A stretch of DNA of 10,827 nucleotides from contig JAVZVY010000021.1 of NCBI GenBank assembly GCA_038878295.1, forward strand, positions 1-10,827. Reading direction: 5' to 3'. The notes beneath the pieces are model-generated. The model was not told the DNA's origin. It was given only the letters and a program-made list of their open reading frames with translations, and made no database searches. This stretch comes from Candidatus Micrarchaeaceae archaeon. Its GTDB lineage: Archaea; Micrarchaeota; Micrarchaeia; Micrarchaeales; CABMGC01. Below, piece by piece: positions 1 through 7,437 of this stretch. The translations under genes and the position numbers were made by a program. Position 1 is the stretch's first letter, and each line of letters starts with the position of its first letter.

Positions 1-1
1 G

Positions 2-295
2 GCTGCGCAGGTTGCTCATGCTTCATTAATGAGCTACTTCGAAGCAGAAAAGGCCGACAAGTCTATTGCTCAAGAATGGATAAACAGCGGCGAGAAAAAG
101 ATTGTGCTTAAAATAGATAGCGAAGACGCGCTGAAAAGGCTTTACGAAGCGTTCAAATACAAAAAAATTCCTTGCGCTCTTGTAAGCGATGCTGGGCTCA
201 CAGAGCTTCCTCCTGGCACAAACACTGCTCTTGGCATAGGCCCTTGGCGCGCAGAAGAAATAGACCAGTTCACAAAGAACCTGAAGCTGCTTTAG
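2..295 (+). CDS. pth2: Peptidyl-tRNA hydrolase Pth2 (archaeal/eukaryotic type), 5'-truncated by the window edge
   Basis: The frame is open from base 2 and reads AAQVAHASL, the end of the GKxAAQxxHA motif, upstream of the ATG at 29. It also has KKIVLK, DAGLTELPPGTNTALGIGP and a C-terminal TKNLKLL typical of Pth2. Confidence 0.95.
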   Translation, partial: AAQVAHASLMSYFEAEKADKSIAQEWINSGEKKIVLKIDSEDALKRLYEAFKYKKIPCALVSDAGLTELPPGTNTALGIGPWRAEEIDQFTKNLKLL

Positions 296-1212
296 CCGAC
301 AATAGTGAGCCATTCGCTGAACATGCTATCTTTTCCATGGACAACATTTGAATACTTATCAGAAAGCATTTTCGTTATAGGCCCTGGCTTTCCATTTCCT
401 ATCTTTATGCCATCTATATTTACTATAGGCGTAATTTCTGCGGCAGTTCCTGCAAAGAATACCTCATCGGCGGTGTACAGCTCCTCTTTGTGTATAAGCT
501 TCTCGTAAACCTCCAGACCAGCGCCCTCGGCTATCTTCATAAGTGAATCTCTGGTTATGCCCATGAGTATGTCTGCGCTTTCATCTGGTGTAATCAGCCT
601 GCCATCCTTGACGATGAATATGTTTTCGCCTGGGCCCTCAGCTACATAGCCATTTGAAGATAGAAGTATCGCCTCATCAAATCCTGATGCTCTTGCCTCA
701 TTGTTTGCTATTATGGAGTTTATGTAGTTGCCGCTCGCCTTAGCCTGCACTGGGAGTATTTCAGAGTTTATTCTGCGCCACGAAGAAATTTTGCATTTTA
801 TGCCGGTCTCCTTGCCCTTTCCGAAATAAGCACCGAATGGAATAGCAGCAATAAAAACGCTGACCTTTTTGCCAAACGCCGAAACGCCTATGTTGTCATC
901 GTTGTAAAATGCGAAGGGCCGTATATAGCAGTCATTGAGCTTGTTGACCTTTACCAGCTTTATAATTGCTTCAGATAGCTCTTCCTTGGAATAATTGATG
1001 GCGATTGAGTAGATCTTGGCGCTGTTGAAGAACCTACTTAAATGATCACTGAGTCTGAATATTGCAGGACCTGCATCAGTCTGATAAGCCCGTATACCTT
1101 CAAAAACTCCGCTTCCGTATTGCAAAGAGTGCGTCAGAATCGAAACCTTTGCCTGCTCATAATCAATTAGGCTGCCGTCAAGCCAAACTCTCCTAGTGCT
1201 TTCATTTTTCAT
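292..1212 (-). CDS. ilvE: Branched-chain amino acid aminotransferase (PLP fold-type IV)
   Basis: Motifs HSLQYGSGVFEGIRAY, YIRP, AKASGNY (PLP lysine), EGPGENIF, ILMGITR and EVFFAGTAAEITP. ATG at 1212 is preferred over GTG at 1233 because the TATA at 1242-1249 is too close to 1233. Confidence 0.95.
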   Translation of the reverse strand: MKNESTRRVWLDGSLIDYEQAKVSILTHSLQYGSGVFEGIRAYQTDAGPAIFRLSDHLSRFFNSAKIYSIAINYSKEELSEAIIKLVKVNKLNDCYIRPFAFYNDDNIGVSAFGKKVSVFIAAIPFGAYFGKGKETGIKCKISSWRRINSEILPVQAKASGNYINSIIANNEARASGFDEAILLSSNGYVAEGPGENIFIVKDGRLITPDESADILMGITRDSLMKIAEGAGLEVYEKLIHKEELYTADEVFFAGTAAEITPIVNIDGIKIGNGKPGPITKMLSDKYSNVVHGKDSMFSEWLTIVG

Positions 1213-1241
1213 TGAATCGCCGGTATACCACACGCAATTAC

Positions 1242-1257
1242 ATTATAAATTTGTTTG
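1242..1257 (-). promoter_or_regulatory. Archaeal BRE/TATA for ilvE
   Basis: Minus strand reads CAAACAAA-TTTATAAT, about 30 nt upstream of the ATG at 1212. Confidence 0.6.
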
Positions 1258-1370
1258 CAAAGAGCGAACCGCAGACAAGTTGACAAAAGTGTCATAAGTA
1301 GCAGGCATATTTAGGCTAGTATTATTCCGGTGCGCAAATGCCGCCATATATTGCCAGACGCTATGTGCGC

Positions 1371-1386
1371 CGCCAAGTTTTTATAT
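1371..1386 (+). promoter_or_regulatory. Archaeal BRE/TATA for dcd (likely leaderless transcript)
   Basis: CGCCAAG-TTTTTATAT ends 20 nt before the ATG at 1407, with no SD motif. Confidence 0.6.
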
Positions 1387-1406
1387 CTTAATTGCAAACT
1401 AACTTT

Positions 1407-1946
1407 ATGATTCTTTCAGATTTTGATTTGGAGCACATCATAAGGGCTAAAAGGCTAGTTGTGAAGCCTTTTGACAAGAGCATAATCAGGGAAAATGGCA
1501 TAGATCTCAGGCTTGCGGACGAGATAGCATATCATAGAGAGTTTAGCGGCGACTTCTTTTTGGATCCAAGCAAAGATGCGCATATAAAGGATGCATACAC
1601 TATAGAAAAGAACCGTGGCGTACTTAAGATTCCGAAAAAATCGCAGGTACTGCTTTCTACTTACGAGTATTTGTCGCTGCCAGACAATCTTGTAGGATTT
1701 GTGGAGTTAAGAAGCACATGGGCCAGGCACGGCCTTTCGATGCCTCCTACGATAATAGATGCGGGCTTTTCAGGAAACGTGACCCTTGAGGTTTTCAATA
1801 ATGCGCCTTACGGCATACTCCTCAAGCCTAAGACTAGGTTTGCACATATAATATTCGCTGCCACAATGAACAAAGTCAAGAATACGTATAAAGGCAAATA
1901 CCTTGGCCAAAGGGGGATACGATTGCCTAAGACTATAAAAGAATGA
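1407..1946 (+). CDS. dcd: dCTP deaminase
   Basis: N-terminal MILSD (ATG 1407 preferred over TTG 1392), then IRENGIDLRL, LRSTWARHGL, IDAGFSGNVTLE (catalytic Glu) and YKGKYLGQ, all characteristic of the dCTP deaminase family. Confidence 0.93.
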   Translation: MILSDFDLEHIIRAKRLVVKPFDKSIIRENGIDLRLADEIAYHREFSGDFFLDPSKDAHIKDAYTIEKNRGVLKIPKKSQVLLSTYEYLSLPDNLVGFVELRSTWARHGLSMPPTIIDAGFSGNVTLEVFNNAPYGILLKPKTRFAHIIFAATMNKVKNTYKGKYLGQRGIRLPKTIKE

Positions 1947-2228
1947 CTACCTTGTAAGGTCATTTATTTCTTCCTTGGTCGCGGGCTCCTGCGCAAATTG
2001 TTTTGGACTTGATACCAGCACTACGTCGCCAACGTTCTTTACATTTTTGTAGAGTATGCTCTTGTCCTTGAGCACGCTTTTGATGTCGCCCCTTATGTTC
2101 TTCCATGACACTGTAAGCAGTCTGCTTACTTCGCCGGCTTCTAGGTCAAGGATTATTCCTTGCACATCGCCTATATACTGGCCGCCATCACTGTAGATAT
2201 CCATGTGGTACAGGTCGCTCACTTTCAT
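1947..2228 (-). CDS. PRC-barrel domain protein (CdpB-like, candidate cell-division factor)
   Basis: Small beta-rich protein with the PRC signature (SDLYHMDIYSDGGQYIGDVQGIILD...V..L...I.YKNVKNVGDVVLV). ATG 2228 is preceded by an AAGGTG SD motif at a 6-nt spacer. Confidence 0.85.
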   Translation of the reverse strand: MKVSDLYHMDIYSDGGQYIGDVQGIILDLEAGEVSRLLTVSWKNIRGDIKSVLKDKSILYKNVKNVGDVVLVSSPKQFAQEPATKEEINDLTR

Positions 2229-2262
2229 CTTAAACACCTTCTATTTTATTATCGCCAAATAG

Positions 2263-2273
2263 ATTTATAAAAA
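2263..2273 (-). promoter_or_regulatory. TATA box for the PRC-barrel gene
   Basis: Minus strand TTTTTATAAAT about 35 nt upstream of ATG 2228, in the endA-PRC spacer. Confidence 0.55.
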
Positions 2274-2306
2274 CTCTTATTGATGGCTAATAGTGGAACT
2301 GCAAGG

Positions 2307-3467
2307 CTATGGCTGGATCCAATCTATCTCATAGTATTCGTGCGAGCTGTTTGGAAGCGTTATCTGCTGTATCCTGTAGTAGGTTATTGCGGTCTCACGG
2401 TCCATTATCGCGAGCATCACATCCATTTTCATGTCCTTTGCCGCGGCTATCGCGGACGAAAGCTCCACCCCGCCTATGTATTCCTCCTCGCTGAATGCTA
2501 GCATAGCATATTTTGGCGGGTCTGTTTCTGGGCTGTCGGCCACGCCGCCGTGCCTGTGGTAAAGCAGCATATCTATGCGTGGCTTGCTTTTTTTGCTGCT
2601 GGCTCTCCCAGGTATTGCAAGTATAAAGGTTTTCCTCACTGAATGGGCAACGCGAACTGCCCTAGACCATTCCGATATGAGCAGCTTTGTATTCTTGGGG
2701 AAAACCTGCAAGACGTGCTTCGAGTGTATCCAGTTTTCGGTATCGGCTTTTGTCGGCTTAGCCCCAGGAAAGTAAACCCTAAAATGAGTGCCAAATTTGA
2801 AGCCGGTCTTGATTACATAGCCATGTTCGCGCCAATCAGCATAAACGTCGTAGAGCTTCGAAAAATCAGCATGCTTGACCTTCGCCGCATTGATTATATC
2901 GCTCTGCGAATATCCATCTACATGCAGCACCCCGTGCTTCATGAGGAAGACCGTCTCATATATGTCTAACTTGTTGAGGCTGCCGTGGTCGGCTATTTTA
3001 TATGAACCGTACTGGCCGAACCACAGATTCTCGTAGAGCTGCCTGCCGAGATCCTTGTCTTCTATTATTGTAATGAGGTCATTTTTGAAGAATGCGCCTT
3101 CGACTTTAATCTTAGGTATCTTCAGAGGTGCGCTTGGATATTCTTTAACCGGGTTTTTGTTTGGCTCCTTGTGCTCGGTATGTACGCTCTTCGCTATAAG
3201 ACCTCTGTCGCGCCAATCTTTGTATGCGAAGTATTTAGCTATGCTTGCACCACCTTTTTTGAAGCGCGCTGCAAGCTTATTGAAGCTTATCTTGCTATTC
3301 TTGTATGTGCATTCCGCATTTCTCACGTCAATCAGATATAGCGCCTCCTCTGGAAGCAACTCAAGCCTTCCTGAATTTTCGGTGCCGAAGTGACCATTCG
3401 TTAGAAGGTCTTTCGTTGACTGGTCGGCGGCGAATATTTTGCCTCCCTCGTATTTAAGCGCAAGCAT
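2307..3467 (-). CDS. endA: tRNA-intron endonuclease, epsilon2 (three-unit, ARMAN/Micrarchaeota) type
   Basis: Duplicated N-subdomains (LLPEEALYL...YKDWRDRG and LDIYETVFL...YADWREHG), KTGFKFGTHFRVY, a candidate catalytic triad Y232/H248/K279, RVAHSVRK, and a C-terminal structural unit ending ITYY...EIDWIQP. Confidence 0.93.
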   Translation of the reverse strand: MLALKYEGGKIFAADQSTKDLLTNGHFGTENSGRLELLPEEALYLIDVRNAECTYKNSKISFNKLAARFKKGGASIAKYFAYKDWRDRGLIAKSVHTEHKEPNKNPVKEYPSAPLKIPKIKVEGAFFKNDLITIIEDKDLGRQLYENLWFGQYGSYKIADHGSLNKLDIYETVFLMKHGVLHVDGYSQSDIINAAKVKHADFSKLYDVYADWREHGYVIKTGFKFGTHFRVYFPGAKPTKADTENWIHSKHVLQVFPKNTKLLISEWSRAVRVAHSVRKTFILAIPGRASSKKSKPRIDMLLYHRHGGVADSPETDPPKYAMLAFSEEEYIGGVELSSAIAAAKDMKMDVMLAIMDRETAITYYRIQQITLPNSSHEYYEIDWIQP

Positions 3468-3495
3468 ATATACACGGTATTTACTATGTATTACA

Positions 3496-3505
3496 TTTTT
3501 AAATA
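3496..3505. promoter_or_regulatory. Candidate bidirectional TATA between endA and taw1
   Basis: TTTTTAAATA contains TTTAAA on both strands and lies 28 nt from the endA ATG and 32 nt from the taw1 ATG. Confidence 0.5.
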
Positions 3506-3537
3506 TCTAACAAAATAAATATGCTAAACATGATTCT

Positions 3538-4569
3538 ATGGACAGAATTGAGAATGCAAATAATCTAGCAGCAAAACCTGACATACCTGAAAAGCTTTAT
3601 GCCATGATGAAAAAACAGGGCTATCACTTCGTCGGCAGGCACTCTGCGGTAAAGCTCTGCGAATACACCTCCAAGAGCATGGAAAAAGGCGGAATAACCT
3701 GCTATAAAAGCAAATTTTACGGAATAAATAGCTGGAGGTGCCTCCAAGCAACGCCTGCGCTTGGCTGTGACCTTGCGTGCAGGTTCTGCTGGCGCATAAT
3801 ACCAGAGGAAATCGGAGTAAATTGGAACGAGCTTAACGCTGTCGAATGGGAAGACCCGAAAGCAATAGTCGACGCCATGATAGAGGAGCAGAAAAAGCTC
3901 GTGAGCGGATACAAAGGCAAGGATAACGTTGACATGGAAAGATGGAACGAAGCCAACAAACCAATGCACGCTACGCTCAGCCTTACCGGCGAACCGATGT
4001 TTTACCCCAAGATGAACGAATTGCTTGCAGAATTCCACAAGAGGGGTATGAGCACATTTTTAGTAACAAATGGCACTATGGTAGAAGCTCTGAAAAAGCT
4101 AAAAGTGATGCCTACTCAGCTTTACGTTTCAATTCAGGCTCCAAACAAGGAAGTTTACAATAAGGTTACAAGGCCAAAGATAGCAAACGCATGGGAGCGC
4201 TTCCTTGAGTTTCTTGATGTGTTCGCAACTTTGAATACAAGACGCGTATTCAGGATGACCCTGGTAAAGGGGCTCAACATGCTGGATCCTGATGGTTATG
4301 CTGGTCTTATACAAAGGGGCAAGCCTGACTATGTTGAGGTAAAGGGATTTGTATACGTTGGGGGCTCGCGTAATGAGGCAAGAAATCTTAAATATGGAGA
4401 TATGCCGATAAAGGATGAAGTGCAGGAGTTTGCTTCCAAGCTCTCTGAAAAATCAGGTTATATTATTGCTGATTACCATGCACACAGCAAAGTTGCTCTG
4501 CTCTGCAGAAATGAAGAAGCAGTTGCAAATAGGTTCATAGACTTCGGTGCAATAAATGAAGGAAAATAA
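3538..4569 (+). CDS. taw1: 4-demethylwyosine synthase Taw1/TYW1 (radical SAM tRNA G37 modification)
   Basis: GYHFVGRHSAVKLC, CYKSKFYGINSWRCLQ (auxiliary-cluster cysteines and Schiff-base Lys), radical SAM motif CDLACRFCWR, SLTGEP, TFLVTNG, RMTLVKGLN and YVEVKGF. Confidence 0.95.
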   Translation: MDRIENANNLAAKPDIPEKLYAMMKKQGYHFVGRHSAVKLCEYTSKSMEKGGITCYKSKFYGINSWRCLQATPALGCDLACRFCWRIIPEEIGVNWNELNAVEWEDPKAIVDAMIEEQKKLVSGYKGKDNVDMERWNEANKPMHATLSLTGEPMFYPKMNELLAEFHKRGMSTFLVTNGTMVEALKKLKVMPTQLYVSIQAPNKEVYNKVTRPKIANAWERFLEFLDVFATLNTRRVFRMTLVKGLNMLDPDGYAGLIQRGKPDYVEVKGFVYVGGSRNEARNLKYGDMPIKDEVQEFASKLSEKSGYIIADYHAHSKVALLCRNEEAVANRFIDFGAINEGK

Positions 4570-5581
4570 ATTATTCTTTGAGAACCTCGACAACGTAAAG
4601 AAGATCGACTACAAACGTAAGATGAAGCACATAGAGAGAATAATATTGGGGGTAATAGCGGTTACTGTGGTTGTTTTTGCTGTGATTGCAGGGCTTGCAG
4701 TAATAAATGAAGGCTTATCAAAATTTATAGCAACAGTTGGCTCGATAAATCTATACTACTACGCTCTCGCGTTTGTTGTGATTTTTTGTGGCTATGCTCT
4801 TAGATATCCAAAGTGGAGCATTTACCTTAAAATGCTCGGTATAAAGCTCAAAGCCACAACAAATTTTCTTATATACCTGTCGATGTACTCGATGGAGATA
4901 ACTCCTGGCAGATGGGGGCGTGCAGTAGTGTCTTATTCTATAAATAGGCTTACGGGTGCGAAGTTTGGCAGGACTTTTCCTGCAATTGTTGCAGACATAT
5001 TTACTGACTTTCTGGGCTTCATAATACTTGCCATATTTTTTGCTTTCTTCATCCACAAATACTTGGTTATTTCACTATCGATAAGCGGTATCTTGCTCCT
5101 TCCTTTCGTTTTTCTTTATTATAAAAAACCTTTCATGCTACTGAAAAGAAAACTGAGCAGGTTTGGAAGCCTGAAGAGCTTCTTCGCTGTTGGCGACCTT
5201 TACTTCAGAAGCAACAACATGCTTGAAAAGAAGGCTTTTGGGTATTCGCTTTTCTTCACGGTGCCTGCGATGTTCCTTAATGGATTCGCCCTTTATGTGG
5301 TTATGCTAGCTTTCGGCGTGCACCTCGGTCTTGCTGCTCTTCCTGCGGTAATATTTATTTTTTCTACGTCTCTCCTTTTTGGGATGGTGACAGGCCTGCC
5401 CGGAAATGTTGGCGTTACAGATGCTGCGATGCTTGGCGGTTTGGTACTGTTTTTTGGAAGTGCCGGCGTTAGTTTTGGGGTTGCCTCTGCAATAACGATA
5501 TTTTATAGAATTGCCACCGTATGGTTCGTCGAAGGCTTCGGTTTTGTTGCCCTTGCAAATACGTTCAAATATTGGAAGTAG
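4556..5581 (+). CDS. UPF0104 / lysylphosphatidylglycerol synthase-TM (flippase-like, AglD2-like) membrane protein
   Basis: Multiple hydrophobic segments and family motifs LRYPKW, ITPGRWG, LPGNVGVTDA and IFYRIATVW. Overlaps the taw1 end by 14 nt. An alternative start is ATG 4622. Confidence 0.8.
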   Translation: MKENKLFFENLDNVKKIDYKRKMKHIERIILGVIAVTVVVFAVIAGLAVINEGLSKFIATVGSINLYYYALAFVVIFCGYALRYPKWSIYLKMLGIKLKATTNFLIYLSMYSMEITPGRWGRAVVSYSINRLTGAKFGRTFPAIVADIFTDFLGFIILAIFFAFFIHKYLVISLSISGILLLPFVFLYYKKPFMLLKRKLSRFGSLKSFFAVGDLYFRSNNMLEKKAFGYSLFFTVPAMFLNGFALYVVMLAFGVHLGLAALPAVIFIFSTSLLFGMVTGLPGNVGVTDAAMLGGLVLFFGSAGVSFGVASAITIFYRIATVWFVEGFGFVALANTFKYWK

Positions 5582-5582
5582 A

Positions 5583-6347
5583 TTATTGGGAGTATTTATT
5601 CAACGCTTCGTCTTCCGCGAAATTCGTTTTTGCTGGTATTATTATTGAGATTGTTTTGCGTTTCAGATCGCTTGCGAGCTTGCTAATTGCCTTGGTTTCG
5701 ACGTATGCAATCTTTTGGCCTGGTCTGCCAAGATTCGCAAGAATCAGCAGTTTTGCCTGCGAAATGATGCTGTAGCCCTTGTCTGACTCTGCGCGCAATA
5801 GCAGGGCAATCGCCGTCTCTATATCCATCGGTTCGCCGGTCTTTGGGTTTATATCAAGCAGCACGAGCGTGTGTTCGCCGTTTTCTATGTTTTTCTTTAT
5901 TGTATCAATAAATGATATCGGCTTGTAGTTTTCGCTCCAGAAGGGCACAGTCGTTGTGGGGCCGAACTTGTATATGTCAAGACCGCTTTCTCCTATCGCA
6001 GCTGAAAAAACCGAAGGCGCGTGGATTATTTCATAATTTATATTCATTCTTCTAGCCGCGTCCAGTATGGTGTGGTGGGTTGTTGCTATGAGCGGGTCGC
6101 CAGGAACTATTATCGCTATGTCTTTTGACCTTGCGGCTGCTATTGTATTGGCTACGTCTTCTTCTAGGGCCGACCGGCCAACGCGCTTTATCGTTTTTTG
6201 GGTTTCCTTTTCCAGAAATTCGAGATACGCGCTGCTTATCGTACTCGTGTAGGAATCGAAGAGTATTTCGTCAGCGCTCTTGAGCCTTTCTAATGCTTTT
6301 ACCGAAAGATCCTTTATGTCAAGGCCAAGGCCCACAAGGAACAGCAT
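5583..6347 (-). CDS. dph5: Diphthine synthase (diphthamide biosynthesis methyltransferase)
   Basis: MLFLVGLGL, DSYTS, GDPLIATTH, SGLDIYKFGPTTTVPF and GEHTLVLLD motifs, with a GGTG SD upstream. Confidence 0.95.
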   Translation of the reverse strand: MLFLVGLGLDIKDLSVKALERLKSADEILFDSYTSTISSAYLEFLEKETQKTIKRVGRSALEEDVANTIAAARSKDIAIIVPGDPLIATTHHTILDAARRMNINYEIIHAPSVFSAAIGESGLDIYKFGPTTTVPFWSENYKPISFIDTIKKNIENGEHTLVLLDINPKTGEPMDIETAIALLLRAESDKGYSIISQAKLLILANLGRPGQKIAYVETKAISKLASDLKRKTISIIIPAKTNFAEDEALNKYSQ

Positions 6348-6359
6348 ACAAGCACCGCA

Positions 6360-7310
6360 TCAGTCCCTTATTCCTTCAGGAGTTAACTTTATTACACACT
6401 CGCCTTCCGGCAGGTTAGGCGAATCGACAAGCCTGACAATCCTTTTATCCTCTTTGCCTTTCCTTATGTAAAGCCTTGTTGTTGCAGCATGTGCCACTAT
6501 GTTGCCTCCAACCGGCGTTGTCGGGTCGCCGAAGAGGATTGCTGGGTTGTCCATTACTTGGTTCGTAACATACGCAGCAAGGTTGTATTTCTCGGCTAGA
6601 TTAAGCAGCTTGTGTATATGCATGTTTAGCTTCTGCTGGCGCTCGCCGAGAGCACCCCTGCCTATGAATTCTGCCCTGAAAAGGGCTATTAGCGAATCTA
6701 TGACTATGAGCTTGACATTCTTCTCAGCTATTAGCTTGTCGGCGCGCTCTATAGCAAGAATCTGCTCGTCTACGTTGTGCACGCTAACCACGAATATGTT
6801 CTCGAGAGTTTGCTTTACGTCAAGCTTCTGAGCCGCGGCCATCTGCTCTATTCGCTCCGGCCTGAATGTGCTTTCTGTATCGATGAAAAGCACTGTGCCG
6901 TTTAGGCCGCCCTTTTCAACAGGCAGCTGCACATTAACTGATATTTGGAAGCCGAGCTGAGTTTTGCCTGCTGCGAAGCGGCCGTAAACTTCAGTTATGG
7001 CGTTTGTTTCTATGCCACCGCCAAGAAGCGCATCGAGCGACTTTGAGCCCGTAGTTATTTTGCCGAGTGCCTTCCTCTCTTCGAAGACGCCCTCTGCGGT
7101 CCTGTAGTTAACAGTGGTGGACTCTTTTGCCGCTGCAACAGCCTTTTTTGCGGCTTCTACGCTCATTTCTGCTGCCTCTGCAAGCTCGTGTGGTGCCGCT
7201 GCCGCTATCTTTTCTATAGAGTCGTAGCCAGCGGCCTTCAGCTTTTCGGCCGTAGTCGGGCCTATCCCGGGCAAGTCTTCCAAGTCTTTGGCAGTCTTCT
7301 CTTTAGGCAT
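6360..7310 (-). CDS. radA: DNA repair and recombination protein RadA
   Basis: N-terminal HhH domain (LEDLPGIGPTTAEKLKAAGY), LDALLGGGIET, Walker A GRFAAGKT, IDTESTFRPER, Walker B LIVIDS, TNQV and GGNIVAHA. ATG 7310 follows a GGGGGA SD-like run. No intein. Confidence 0.97.
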   Translation of the reverse strand: MPKEKTAKDLEDLPGIGPTTAEKLKAAGYDSIEKIAAAAPHELAEAAEMSVEAAKKAVAAAKESTTVNYRTAEGVFEERKALGKITTGSKSLDALLGGGIETNAITEVYGRFAAGKTQLGFQISVNVQLPVEKGGLNGTVLFIDTESTFRPERIEQMAAAQKLDVKQTLENIFVVSVHNVDEQILAIERADKLIAEKNVKLIVIDSLIALFRAEFIGRGALGERQQKLNMHIHKLLNLAEKYNLAAYVTNQVMDNPAILFGDPTTPVGGNIVAHAATTRLYIRKGKEDKRIVRLVDSPNLPEGECVIKLTPEGIRD

Positions 7311-7437
7311 GTCCCCCAACTAGATAACATAGGAATGAAAAGATAATAAAGCTTTCATAATCTCTTTGGCTGTTGCTATTTTAGGCCCTCATGCATCATA
7401 TTTATTGCTTCTTTGGCTATGTACATGTGGTGCTGCA

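Noticed and set aside
1258..1377. Possible tRNA, ncRNA or CRISPR repeat in the longest spacer
   Set aside because: No cloverleaf, T-loop consensus, convincing C/D box pair or repeat-spacer periodicity is visible.
2280..3393. Several plus-strand ORFs (61-112 aa) opposite endA
   Set aside because: Antisense to endA with no independent support.
3565..4038. 157-aa minus-strand ORF and other short ORFs inside taw1
   Set aside because: Fully overlap a well-supported gene and lack protein-like motifs.
6360..7310. Possible intein in radA
   Set aside because: The length (316 aa) is normal and the motifs are contiguous.
7366..7437. N-terminal extension of the MFS ORF that resembles a signal peptide
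   Set aside because: It overlaps the probable promoter and SD. The family-like sequence starts after 7438.
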